Below are positions 39,700 to 52,590 of a DNA stretch of 64,000 nt, one piece after another. Source of the DNA: Paragordius varius (Eukaryota; Animalia; Nematomorpha); NCBI GenBank assembly GCA_964247055.1, contig OZ176051.1:15004001-15068000 (forward strand), in the 5' to 3' direction. Every line of letters starts with the position of its first letter. The first letter of the stretch is position 1. Under the pieces are notes generated by a model. That model was not told where the DNA came from. It worked only from the letters and a program-made list of their open reading frames with translations, and made no database searches. A program made the translations under genes and the position numbers.

Positions 39700-40680
39700 G
39701 GAAATGGTACTTATTTTATTTTCATAACACTGGACAACAAATTTTTCTGCCACACGAATTTTTTGCATTTTCTGATATTTAGTATCATTCTAACAGTAAA
39801 TCCGAAGTAAAAATTATAACCCGATGGAAGAATTTTGTATAATTTGATTTTTTTGATTATGCCCCCTCTTTATCAAAATTTTACTAAAAAATGTTTTTCT
39901 TTGAAAATATACAAGTAATGCCCTTTTGTAATATATCATTCGAAAGAGTAATAAAAACTCTAAAATGCATACTAATATGTATTACATCGACAGTTAATAT
40001 TGGACACAAAGAGCGACAAACGCGCGAAGTGAGAGCATTTTTTTTAATTATTATATTTTTAAAACTAATGGATGAAAATAGCTCAAACTTTGTTTAGATG
40101 GTGATGAATGTCCAAAAAAGACAACACAATAAAGTTTTTTTGATTAAAACATTTTTTTATTGCTTTTATGTCACTCAAAACAGCCATTTTTAAGTTTTTG
40201 GTTTTTTTAAAAATTTCCATCTCATCATTAATTTATTTTTTTTAGGAGGCTGATAATTTCGAAATTTTTCAAGATAATAACAAGGCTTAAGGTATTTTTG
40301 ATCTTTTATAGCCATTATGTAATAGATTTACAGTTATAACTATGCATTTTAGTATCCACTAGGCAAAATATTTCTGATAATAATAATTTTTATTAAAAAA
40401 GCAAACCAAAAGCTTTTTCACATATTTTTTTAATTAAATACTAATATAACCCTAATAATTATATTAAAATAATTTATATGATTTTCAAATTAGTTTGTCT
40501 GTGAAAATTCTTGACTTATTTAAGGATTGAAAATTTCGACCATTTAAATCCAAATAACTTTTACATCCGATTGATTTAAATGACATACTACCATCTAAAA
40601 GATGCAGTTTTTTGAGCTCTTTCGAATGATATAAAATACATGGCTTCATATTTAAAACTTTTAATTTTCGACATTTCGAG
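39700..40680 (+). repeat. Repeat copy whose inverted counterpart lies at 44045-44684 plus 46224-46500
   Basis: ggacacaaagagcgacaaacgcgcgaagtgagagcatttt (~40000-40040) vs aaaatgctctcgcttcgcgcgtttgtcgctctttgtg (44648-44684), continuing after the insertion as tctttgtgtccaatattaactgtcgatg (46224 onward). Confidence 0.85.
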
Positions 40681-41003
40681 TTTAATGTTAAATCGGGGCC
40701 AAAAATTATCGATAAACTCTATTATAAAAAATTCTTTCAGGCAGACCAATTTTCTTTTCAGATATACTAATTATGTACTTTAATGAAATAAATTTTAAAT
40801 TTACAAGAATGGCAGTTAAAGTTAAAATTTGTTGTCTAGTGTAATTATATAACTGAAATATAATTCCTTAATCATGTGTTTTAAATCTCTATTATGTTTT
40901 TATTTACCATATTTTCGGTTTCAAAGAAAATGAGGGGAATTAATTAATTTATTAAAAATATTTACTGTTAAAATGACATACTCTTAAGTTTGATTGCAAT
41001 ATA

Positions 41004-41233
41004 CAGTAATGTATCCTTTATTTTATCAAGAATTTATTTTCTTTCGTTAAATGGGTATAAATATTTGGTAAAGAAGAATGGAAAAACAAGAGCTCTATGG
41101 TAATTCTTTACTTTTTTGATGAATATGATATTGTTAATACCATAGAGCTCTTGTTTTTTCCATTCTTTAACAAATATTATACCCATTTAACGAAAGAAAA
41201 TAAATTTTTTATAAAATAAAGGATACATGACTG
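41004..41233. mobile_element. Tc1/mariner-type MITE, ~100-bp TIRs, TA target duplication
   Basis: TA|CAGTAATGTATCCTTTATTTT...GAGCTCTATGGTA, ~35-bp spacer, TACCATAGAGCTC...AAAATAAAGGATACATGACTG|TA. Confidence 0.85.
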
Positions 41234-44200
41234 TAATTAAAAAGAAAATGCACACTTTTAATATATAAACCGTTAAATTAAATAAAAAAAATTAAGCCTC
41301 ATGAAAAATAATAGTCTACCAAATGATAATGTATATTTTTGGTAAATGATATAATTTGAACTTCAAGAATGTTGTCCTTTAACCTTTAAGCTGATCCTTT
41401 ACCTTTATTTATGTGCTTATAACGATAATTGCACATATTTATCCCCCTTTTTATTTTTCAATCTATATCTTGATTCATAAGTATTTTTATTGTAAAAAGT
41501 ATTTTTTATTTACTTTTTTGTTTAGTCGTAATATTTTTTCCAATTCAACAATTTAGCTTTGAATGTTTAAATTAACATATAATTGTAAATAGATTATAAG
41601 ATTGTTTTATGACACGTTAAAATCATGGTAATATTGAAATGTATTAAGAATTAATAAACATATACGGTACGAAAATAAAAAAAGTTTGGTTTAAAAACTG
41701 AGTTAAAATAAAGGGTTAAAAATGAAATAATGAATGAATGATTCATATTTTAATCGCTTATAAAACTAAATAAAATGTTGAAAGATAAACTTGAAATGTT
41801 CCTTAAAATGTTAAAGCACCAACTTGAAGTGATCAAGGATCACCATGAAGTTCAAGGATTAATTTGAAGTAAAAAACACTAAATACACGTGTTATATTAT
41901 TAATACATGTTTTTAAATTATTGACTTATACATTATTTAAATATTAGTTATAGTAAAATATTCAAAATTTGTTTAAATTATCCAAATTTAATTAAAAGGA
42001 TAATTTTCACGTGATATTTTAGTTGAAGGTATAGTAGGACAATATAAAAATTCTTAAACACATAATGCTATACATTAGATTAATCCAATCCCGACAGCCG
42101 AATTCTATTTATTCAACATGCATGATTTCTATAATGCACAAAACACACATTATCATAACATTGCACCATCCTGGTAGGTGGTGTGTTTTTAATGAATTTA
42201 TATTCTTTTGTAATTATTATAAAACTAAATGAGATATGCCCCCCTCTTAATTTGTGTGGACCGTTTTTTTGAATAGTTTGGTGCCAATTGTGAATTCCGA
42301 GCCTGGAGCATCTTTTGTGTATGATTATGCTAAAATTAAATTTTCTCATATAATTTAATGAATATTTTTAAATATAGAAACAATTTCATGTTTGGATATA
42401 AACTCTTACCTTTCGGTGATTACTACAAATTTATTATATGGCTATACTCAGTGTTCACATTTACGCTGGTTTAATATCATTATAGTTGATCAATTTGCAA
42501 CACAGTAGTGTATGAAAAAAACAAAAAAATATTGAAACAATTTTTTCATCTTATATTACCTTTTGGGAACAAAATTTAATTTATGACATATGCTAGTGTA
42601 TTACAAATTGCTCAACTTTTATGTGAATAAGCCAACCCAAATGTGCATTCTGTTATATATAATATCCATATTATAGAAAAAATATGCAATGATACCTTTC
42701 GGCAAATCGTTCGTTTACGAAATGCCATAGAATTAGCGACGGTACGTTTCGGAAATATTACCAAAAAAACAATATATTTTAAATATATATAAAAACGGCT
42801 TCTCATCATGTATTTTTAATTCATAATAATTTTGTAAAAAATAGATAGCTACTTCCTCCAATGGAAGTCAAACAAGTAATATGACCGAATTGCAATTGGA
42901 ATATATGCTGGATGTATGTGTTTTATTGATATCCTCAATTACATTCCTATATTACTTCTTATAAAACATAATTTCCTTAGGAATTTTGTGAGAATCCATA
43001 CATGAATCAAGTTACGACAAAAAATTTATTTTTGGCGCTTGGATCTATGGAATCGACGAAACGCAAATTTTCATGCAGACCTCTTCACATATCCCATAAA
43101 AGATGCACTATCGATTAAATAAAATTTAAAAGCCGCAATCTTTATTTTAATAATACACTATTATAGGCTCCCTCCTCGTGATTAATAATTATTTTAAATC
43201 ATGTGATTTGCTGATAATTGGAATTTTAAATAAATTTTAGCAATTATTGTACATTAATTTATAGTTTTTAAATTCAACCAAACACATATGTCCAATTCAA
43301 TCAATCCCTCTTCCAGCAAAATAGCACTTTACTAACAGCTTTTTAATTAATTCATATAAAAACCCAAAACTTTTGTATAATTTAAGACTATAATTGTTAA
43401 CAAGACTTCGTAGCCATAATTATTTTTAAACGCTAAAATACAATTTAAGTTTAATATGAGCGTACAAAATTGGCGGTCATGAATATTTATAAAATATAGA
43501 TTTTGATAATGTATCAGGAATTATGGTGCTTTTAGGTGAAGTTATTTACGCTTTTGTGCTAAATTTTCCATATGAGAAAATATAAAATTTTTGCATGAAA
43601 CGAACGAGTCCATTCAAATATAGGCAAAATTGCCGTGCGGCAAATATTAAATATATGCTAAATTATGACATCAAATATTTTGTAAATGTTTAATTTTTAG
43701 CAAAATTTTGTGAAAAAGCGTCTCCTATTATTTTTTAGGCATGATGAAAACGTTATTAAAACGCCTTTTAATGTTAAACACTTTTCCTATATAATTTAAT
43801 AATTATTTCTACCGCTTCAGAATTTTTATTTTAGGGTTCGTTTACTTTCAAATTTTAAATTTTATTAAAACCCAATTTATAGATAATTTTAAAAACAAAC
43901 GAATTACACTAGACACATTTTGAATTTTTTAAACTGCCATTATTTCATTAAAGTACATAATTAGTATAAAAGAAAATTGTAACATTAAAGAATTTTTTAT
44001 ATTAGAGTTTATCGATATGGCCCCGATTTAACATTAAACTTGAAATTTTGAAAATTAGAAGTTTTAGATATGAAGCCATGTCTTTTAAATCATTCGAAAG
44101 AGCGCAAAAAACTGTATTTTTTAAATGGTAGAAGTCATTTAAATCATTCGGATGTAAAAGTTATTTGGGTAAATTTTCCATCCTTAAATAAGTCAAAAAT

Positions 44201-44684
44201 TTTCACAGACAAACTAATATGAAAATCATATAAATTATTTTGATATAATTATTATTATATATTAGTATTTAATTCATAAAAAAGTTTGAAAAAGCTTTTG
44301 GTTTGCTTTTTTAATAAAAATTATTATCATAAATATTTTACTTAGTGGATACTAAAATGCATAGTTATAACTGTAAATTTATTACATAATGGCTATAAAA
44401 GATCAAAAATACCTTAAATTTTGTTTTTATCTTTAAAATTTCGAAATTATCAGCCTCGTTAAAAAAATTGATATTGATGAGGTAATTTTTAAAAAACAAA
44501 AAGTTAAAAATGGCTGTTTTGAGTGACATAAAAGCAATATAAAAATGTTTTAATTAAAAACTTTCTTGTGTTATTTTTTGGACATTCATCACCATTTAGA
44601 CAAAGTTTGAGCTATTTTCATCCATTTTTATTAATATAATAATTAAAAAAATGCTCTCGCTTCGCGCGTTTGTCGCTCTTTGTG

Positions 44685-46223
44685 TAATGTGACTAGATAT
44701 TATGCTATAACGCAGTGCAAAATTAAAACATATTTTGCCTATTTTTACACCATCGGTATGGTATTACACAGTTTAAAAATTATCCTGATGAAATATATAT
44801 ATGTATATTCTGATAGGTAAATATCAGGATTATCATGGTGCTTTTGGTTTTAACCTTTACGTATTAGAAAAAGTTATTTACACTTTTGTGATAAGTGCTT
44901 TGCATAAAATTGCAAAGGCGCAATTTTTTCAAATATATTTGGTGAAAGCTAAATGCTTTATTTCAAAAGATATCCCTAAAATATAACATAAACTACAAAT
45001 AAAAAGCAAAACAATATTTTTAAATTTTTAGATGTGGGCTGAAAGTTTCAAATTTTTTGGTCTTTCAAAATGGACTGCTCTTAAAATAAACGCATTCCGA
45101 CATTGTGCAATAATTTTAAATATTTGCTAAATTTTGATATCGACTAAATATATTTTTTAAAAAAAGCATACTTTCAAAAATTAAATTTTTACCATGATGG
45201 AAACGATATAAAAGGTTGAGATGTTATAACACTTTATAAAAATATAATTTGATAATATTAAAATATATCTCACTCAGAATTTTGCTTAAAATCTTCGGTC
45301 GTTTTCAAATGTATGATAAATAAAAATTGTTTTTTTACAAAAATTCACCAAAATTTGCTGGGAAACAAACCTTTAAATTAAATTTCTGTACCTATAATAA
45401 TGTTCATTATCAGCGAATTATTTGGAAAAAGGGTTTTATTATATCTTAAAGCATTATACGGTTTCGATCATGCTTAAAAATAGTTTGAAGTACGCTTCAA
45501 AAAAACTCAAATTTGTTTATGCAAAAAAATAAGAAAACTAATAAAAATAAAGTTTAGGGAAAAAAATAGGTAATATCATACCACCCACCTAATAAGTATA
45601 GAAAACGTAAAAAGTCTTATTTTTTACAAAAAAAATTATATCGAAATCATATGCCATATATAATAAATTTTAAATATAATAGTTACGGGAATAACAATTC
45701 ATATAATTTTCCGTTTGATAATTATAACAAAAAATGAACTTTTTAAACTTGATGAAACACTTATTAAAATATCATAAATTAATTTTGTTAATTTTAAAGC
45801 TTGAGGCACCTCTTTTTTTCCGAAGCCATGAGTGAAAGAGCCATTAGCCTGAATCTTACGATAAAGTCCGAGATATATAGTTCGTAATTGGGCAGCCTGC
45901 AGTCATAAGCAGTTTGACCAATCCGAAATCCAATTTTATGTTTAATTCGAGGAGAAAATAAAATATTGACCTATTAAAAATAGGCCAATCTTAGTTTTTT
46001 ACCGCAAAATAAACCATTTCTTTACAATAGGGTTATTTTCACAGTAGGTACTATATCTAATTCTAAAATGATTTTTTTGAATAAATAAAAGGTAATTGAT
46101 ATATATTTATAAAATATTTTTTTTTAATTCAAAAAGCAGTACAAAAGTGGGCGCAGTACAGTCGCAGTTTTTTTCTGAAAATCCAGTACTGTACTAAGAA
46201 AAACAGCCTATCTGGTCACATTA
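44685..46223. mobile_element. Non-autonomous hAT-like element, 1539 bp, 15-bp TIR, perfect 8-bp TSD
   Basis: Left TAATGTGACTAGATA, right end reverse complement TAATGTGACCAGATA. TSD TCTTTGTG at 44677-44684 and 46224-46231. The empty site is visible in the paralogous arm near 40005. Confidence 0.85.
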
Positions 46224-46529
46224 TCTTTGTGTCCAATATTAACTGTCGATGTAATACATATTAGTATGCATTTTAAGGGTTTTTATTACTCTTTCGAAAG
46301 ATATATGACAAATGGACATTACCAGTATATTTTGAAAGAAGAACATTTTTTAGTAAAATTTTGATAAAGAGGGCGCATAATCAAAGAAATCAAATTATAT
46401 GAAATTCTTACGTGGAGTTATAATTTTTATTTCAATTTTATTGTTTAAATGAAATATCAGAAAATGCAAAAAGTTCGAGTGGCAGAAAAATTCCAGTGTA
46501 AATTAATCAAAATCCTAGCTGATAGAAAT

Positions 46530-47520
46530 GTTCAACTATCTAAAAGCATTTTTATTCGTTTTCATCATACCTAAAAAGCATGAAATACGCTTCAATATAT
46601 TTTGCTAAAAATTAAATTTTTGTAAAAAGTATGCATTTGATAAATATTTTTTTTGATAGCATATGTTTAGAAATTTTATCGCGCCGGGTATCTTTGCGTA
46701 AAACACGTTTTAGAAAAGTCACTGAAGTCCACCCATAAAAATTATAATATTAAAATATTGTTTTGTTTTTTATATAAGTAGTTTATGACAAATTATAGTA
46801 GTGATATTTATGAAATGAAACATTAAGCTTCATCAAATATTTTTTAGAAAATGTGCTCAAATTTATAAAATAATTGTAAACCCAACCTAAGGGATCATGA
46901 GATTTCTGATATTTTTTTCTACCATAATTATATATAAATATACACGATGCAAAAAAATAAAAAAAATGTTTTTTATTAGATAGCTTATGATCAGCGTATT
47001 CATTTGCCGCAATATTTTATATTTGTTGACAACCTAGTTTTAAAATATTAAGATAAAATTAAAATCGGGCAAAAAGTGAAAATTAAGGAGAATTCAAAAA
47101 AATAATAATAAATTTGAGTTGTTATGGTTTATTATCATTTTAGGATATATTTTCAATATTTAAAAAGCCTAAAATTATAGAGTAAGGGTTTCTATAAAAT
47201 TTCAGCTCAAAAGATGGCGTTCTTTTAATACACTTAAAAGGCAAAATTATTTAATGGGCAGACAATAATGCAGAGAATTCAAATTTGGCAAACTTTACAT
47301 TAAATCCAAAATGGATATATGTGAAAAACGGTACTTGCAAAAAATCGACCTCTCCAATACATCAATATTTGTAAAAATTGATATATTAGCAGAATTGAGG
47401 ACAGGCTGTTACAATTTGAAAAAATGGGGATTAAAGCGCCTAAGTAAATGCAAAATACCAAAAATAAAAATATATGTATGTCCTTGGTTTGCCTCCAACC
47501 AAACCGTAAAACGCTTTATA
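46530..47520 (+). repeat. ~1-kb dispersed repeat; inverted copy at ~62575-63610
   Basis: cagctcaaaagatggcg...gaattgaggacaggctgttacaatt...ggggattaaagcgc has its reverse complement at ~62630-62895. Confidence 0.85.
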
Positions 47521-47542
47521 TGTTTACATATTTATATTAAGA

Positions 47543-47605
47543 CTAGCGTAAATCTCGTGCTGCTACGCAGCCCGAGGAACTCCTTTGGACTTCTGGGGGG
47601 GCTAT
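47543..47605 (-). repeat. Variant twin-hairpin end of the G4/hairpin element (copy H), followed by CTAG
   Basis: Reverse complement gaagtcc-aaa-ggagttc ctcg-g-gctgc-gta-gcagc-a-cgag atttacg CTAG t. Confidence 0.65.
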
Positions 47606-48976
47606 TTTTCCATTTTTATAAATATATAAATTACCATAAATAAGGTTTTATTATCCATATATCTTTTAACATCCTATACATATGATAGATACTCTTTACT
47701 CAGCAGCTATTATCTAAGAAACGCCTGACTAAAATTTTTGTTTTTTAACAGGGAATACGAAAAATCCTTATCGAATTCTTACAGTCTCATACCTTGGGCA
47801 AAAAAATACAATCAAAAAATTATTTTTGTGGAGTTTGTTATTTTTTGAAAAAAATGGCATTTTACGGGGCGGGTAAGAGGGCCTAAATCAAAAAAGAGAG
47901 ACGACTATGTTCGGCGCAATCGGAAATAAGTAAAAAATTATATTTGAAATTGAATGGTCCAACACGTTCTCCGGATAATTGTCTCAAAGACACGATTTTT
48001 GTGGACTTCTGTTTTTAAAAAAAACCCGTTTTTCACACGGGGTAGGCCCGAACTGGGGGCCTATTTCAAAAAAGGGCGAAGCTATAGTCGGGGCATTCAT
48101 TAATGATTATATTTTTTCGAAGTTTGGATTTGAATGGGTTTACCGGTTTTCCTGTACCAGATCACAACAGCATTTTCCATTTTTATAAATATATAGATTT
48201 CAATTTACTGTATATTCTGTTTATAATCTTTTTTTAAAAACAATAATTACATGGAATGTACATATAATGTAAAATTATTTTTTATATTACTAATTGTCGG
48301 GTGCTAAGAGAAAATTCAATCGTTGTCACATTCAATCTCCTGTTATATTGTAATTTTATAGTTTAGAAGGGAATAGTTGACTTAAGAAAAAATATTTATT
48401 GAGATTTTTACGTTTTCTCTATAAATTTCAATTTTACTGTTAAAGTATGTCTGATGATTATAAGGAGTTTAATTATTTTAGCGCTGTTTATATCGAAAAA
48501 CTAGGTCCAATAATTTTTTAAAGGTTAGAAATGGTAATCCAAAAATTCAGATTATTTATTCCGAAAAGTTAATAATTGAATTATTGTGTAACGTTATTAC
48601 TCTAGAAATAGTAGCTGTTTTTTTCATTCCACGGAAAGCACTTTCATTCAGGGATTCAAATGAGTTTTAACCTAATAATACAAATATCCTAAAGTTATAC
48701 TGACAAAACACAAAAATATAATGAGGAAATTTTAAGACAACCATACTTTTTAAGCCTTATATGCCCTATATAATTTATTTAATTACAATTGTAAAATATT
48801 CATGGGAGTTGAGTTATATTACAATGAAAACATTTATGTTAAAATTAATGTATGAGTGATATCACAATACAAAAATTATATATTAACTATCATGAAGATA
48901 CAATTAACTTTAATTACGTGTATAGTCTTATAATTGTTTGCAATTATATAGAACGAAAGTAGGATCGAACTTAACA

Positions 48977-49620
48977 TCCCTCTTTCCCTGTCCTTGATAT
49001 CTATGTGGTGGGTTTCGTGTAGGATATCGTCGATTCTGTGTGAGTGTCAGTGGTAGGTGCTATAGTGGGTGTTTGTTGGGATGGCAACTCAATGATGGGT
49101 ACCGAGGGTTGGGGCGGAGGTAATGTCGGGGCTTCGGTCGTGGCAGTAGGGTACCTAACATATAGGTCATGCCATGGTGGAGTTTCTTTGGACGAAGTCT
49201 TTCCTATCATTCTTTCACCTCTTTCCCTTGGTGTCAGTCGATCGGCGTTTTTCCGATGATTTTTTACCATCTCGTATTATATGAGAGTAATCCGAGTCGT
49301 TTATTTACAATTCCTTCTCGCCAACCATTCGCTAGTTCATTTTTTATATATACTTTTTCGTTTTCATGGTATTCGTGAATAGCTTGCACATTGTTTAAGA
49401 AGTCTGTTTTTGCATGTGATTAGATTGGGGGCGTAGTTTGTTTTATAAAAGTTGTGCGGGATATGTATTTATAGCACTGTTTATGTTAGTGCGGTATCGC
49501 CAAAGGGTGTTATATATTTTTTGATTGTAAGCCACAGTCATCTCCTGCCTGATAATGAGTTTTGAGGGTATATATCACTCGTTCCACCATTCATTTCAAT
49601 TTTGGATGATAGGAACTGAT
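48977..49620 (-). mobile_element. Ty3/Gypsy LTR retrotransposon 3' fragment (integrase C-terminus, polypurine tract)
   Basis: SSYHPKLK*MVERVIYTLK, WRYRTNINSAINTYPAQLL*NKLRP and KVYIKNELANGWREGIVNKRLGLLSY are Gypsy integrase motifs. Purine tract AGGACAGGGAAAGAGGGA is followed immediately by TGTT at 48976, the probable LTR start. Confidence 0.75.
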
Positions 49621-49666
49621 GTTAAATGTTATCAAATCAAATTTCAGAAGCAATACTATAATTATT

Positions 49667-50905
49667 TTATTTTGTTGAATTCCAGTTTATATCAAAGTTT
49701 ACAGTGCGGGAAATATTTATAAAATTTTTGTCGCAAAACATGTAAACAAATACTATCATAGTGTGAAGCATTAGAACAGACGTGTCCGAAACCAAAATTA
49801 GTGTAGGATTTTGTATTTGTTCGCAGCTGTTATCATTATTACATTTGGCAATTGACAGGTGCAATAAGATATGAAGAAAATAAGGTTCGATAAATCTCTT
49901 TTAACCAAAATTAATGGCTCTGTTGGCAATTTATCATTTTTATTGAGTGTTGATAATCTCCTCGCTTCTTTAGTTAAGCTATTTTGACTGGCTTGGTTTT
50001 TTCTAACAGATTCATTCACATTTATAGTATAAATTTGTATAGTTTCCATAGTTTTAAACTTAAAATGCAAGCCAAGATATTTTTTACGAGTATTTGAGTC
50101 CTGTCGCACCAATCCTATCAGATACGTTAGTTTTATGCCATAAAACAGGATTATAAAAGCGGGAACAATGGTGAAAAGGGTCATACGAATTATATCATAA
50201 TAACCTACCCAATGCACAAATATTTCACGCTCAAAGTAATATATCTTTTCACTTGTTACTGTGTTTTCCTTCAAATCGGATGATAAAAGATAAAAGTAAT
50301 TGTCTTGCGTAACATTTAAAAATGATCAATTAAATTTCCAACATTTTTCTACGTTATACCAAAAAAGGGCAGTAAATGAAAAGGCGATAGCTAGTATACA
50401 ACTTATCCATGGAATAGAGAGCTTAATTAGCCTATATTTTGCACAGTATTGTTTGTATTGTTGTAAAAGATGGACCAACGAGACATACTGGTCCCTTAAC
50501 ATGAATGCTAAAACTATTGTTCCTCCAACTTCCAAGCCATTAGTTAACATTACTGCTACATAAAGGCTTTTAAGATGGTTAAGATTAGCAACAAATGGAG
50601 AATCCTTAATTTTAATACATATCTGACGCATTTCATGCACGACACTCAGGATTGAATTCCAAAAATTGATCCAAATCAGACTTGATAAATAATAATAATA
50701 CGACTGACTAGCTGGAAAAGTCATATGTCTTCTTATTCGTCGTAATATTATGAGGCCTAAAGCGTTGCCCAAGATGCCGGCTATGGAGAGGATCGGCCAA
50801 ATTACCACTTGTAAATAAGTATCGAATTGGGAAATTGGCATTTCCAATTGCCAGGAAGGAATTTCGTTCTTACACTTTATAACTAAACCTTGTGTTTCCA
50901 AACAT
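49667..50905 (-). pseudogene. Intronless class A GPCR (FMRFamide/peptide-receptor-like), disrupted
   Basis: TM1 IWPILSIAGILGNALGLIILRR, TM3 LAFMLRDQYVSL (DRY equivalent), TM4 IPW, TM5, TM6 CQLPNV, TM7 VFVYMFCDKNF. In-frame TGA at 50328-50326 and a frameshift between TM6 and TM7 (~49830). Nearest in-frame ATG is at 50841; the ATG at 50905 is out of frame. Confidence 0.85.
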
Positions 50906-52280
50906 GAATTATTTTGATTAAATGATTATGACTTGATTACCATAATATTTCTGGATTAATTTAAACTGGAGAAATTGACTTATTTTATTGTATAAAAGAT
51001 ATCAGGTAAATATGCTAATTGATAAATAATATTAATCAATCTCTCTCATCGCCAATGACGTAAAATTTATTATAAAATAGAATAATATCTATTTTTAACG
51101 GTAGTAATTATATATAGCATATATAAGTTAAAATTACAATCCGAAAAAAGTTATTAATAATTTATTACATTTTTGATAGTATTCACTTTTTATTTAACAA
51201 ACTCCCTCAGAACATTAAAATTAACGCGTAAATATTTTGATCAACTTGTGCTTGTTTTTAACCCTATAACATATATAACATGGAATTTAAATCATTTCGA
51301 AAATCGACAAAAATAAATTGATGTACCTAAAATATTTTTAAAAAATAATTCAATATTACTTTATTTATTATGGAAAAACATTTAAGTTAGAAAACATGAC
51401 ACGTGGGCATGCACCGATTTTAACCATATATAAAAAAAAAGCAAATGTTATTATAAAAAAACCTTTGCAAAATGTTTCATTGTAAAAAATTGTGAAAAAA
51501 AGGGGCTTCGAAGTAATCAATAATTTTATTAATCTAATCATTAATGGAGAACCAATATTTGAATTGGGTAACCTTTTTGAGTATTTAAAAAATATCGATC
51601 ACAAATTTTTGTTAGATATAAAGGGGATTGGATATGTTTAGGGATTCTAAAATATTTGCGGGAAATTTGAGTTGATGGATTTTATATAAATAATATCATA
51701 AGGCAATATCATTTAATGATATTAGAGTTTCAAATAATGAGAAAACGCAATAAATAATTTACTGTCTAAACATATCTAGTTTGCATACCGTTTGCACTTC
51801 AAGATTTGCCTTTACTTCAAGTTGGTCCTTGATTCGCGGGTGTTGCTCAACACTTCTAGTTGGTTCTTTAACACTTCAAGTTGCTCCCTAAACATTTCAA
51901 ATTGGACTTTCAACTTTTTTAGATTGCTTTTAACTTTTATCTATCAAACCGTGTATCATTAATATTTTAATGTTTTTTACCTATTCTCTTGATTTGACCA
52001 AACTTTTAAAAAAATTTACTTTTGATTCTAGAAACCGGGTATCTTTGTGTTCTTCATCAATGTTTTAATATGTAACTCAAAATATATAAGTTTTTTGATT
52101 ACGATTTTTCGTTTAAAACATTTATAATTGAATAATATGGTTGAATAGGAAAAATTTCGAAACGAAATATTGGTTTTTTAATAATTAATATTAATATTAA
52201 ATAAATTAGAAATACCAACCTGCAACTTTTGCTATCCAAAAATTTAAAATCTTATATAAATTATTATAAGAGTATGATTA

Positions 52281-52590
52281 TCAGTTCAAGATTTGGCTGT
52301 ATACCGTCTACAAAGTTCATTATGAGGGCAACCGAAGAGAAGTTATTAATTATATATCAAAATTAGAGAAAAGGAAAAAAAGTAAAGGACAAAAATATTT
52401 TGTAAAAATATTCATACTGGTTCATCTGTGGATCTTTCCTCATCATCGCTCTGACGCCGATTTCGATTGTTATAGGCAATTCCTGAATCACTACTTTTGA
52501 CCTGGTCAATGGCCTGTATAAATAGGAGTAAAGCTATAGCAATGGATATTAGCGAGATGCGTGGACATTTTTTTGATGTTTTATAGGCAT
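52281..52590 (-). other. Possible small 2-exon secreted-peptide precursor or pseudogene
   Basis: CPRISLISIAIALLLFIQAIDQVKSSDSGIAYNNRNRRQSDDEERSTDEP|TVYSQILN*. GTATGA donor at 52417, long pyrimidine tract, TAG acceptor at 52309-52308. The ATG at 52590 is 1 nt out of frame across an A7 run. Confidence 0.35.

Larger units (their letters stand above)
39014..43118 (+). pseudogene. Divergent M13/neprilysin-like copy 2 (middle and C-terminal exons, interrupted by repeats; probably non-catalytic)
   Basis: Exon LLKDFLLLYVANMLAPY...ARCV (39014-39270) and GPFF.NSLVPIVNSEPGASFVYDYAKIKF (~42250-42345). Phase-consistent terminal exons ...RNAIELAT|IATSSNGSQTSNMTELQLEYMLD|EFCENPY...LGSMESTKRKFSCRPLHISHKRCTID* (42677-42741, 42845-42913, 42981-43118) match the M13 C-terminus. 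Confidence 0.5.

Noticed and set aside
47311-47643. 110-aa ORF
   Set aside because: Lies in a dispersed repeat; the inverted copy at 62.6-62.9 kb has indels in the homologous stretch, and I recognise no motif.
49044-49378. Plus-strand ORFs 49044-49259 and 49169-49378
   Set aside because: Antisense shadows of the Gypsy integrase tail.
36326-50328. Stop-codon reassignment suggested by in-frame TAA/TGA in M13-like and GPCR sequences
   Set aside because: The same genes also carry frameshifts, different stop codons are involved, and the intact gene ends at a normal TAA; pseudogenisation explains it.
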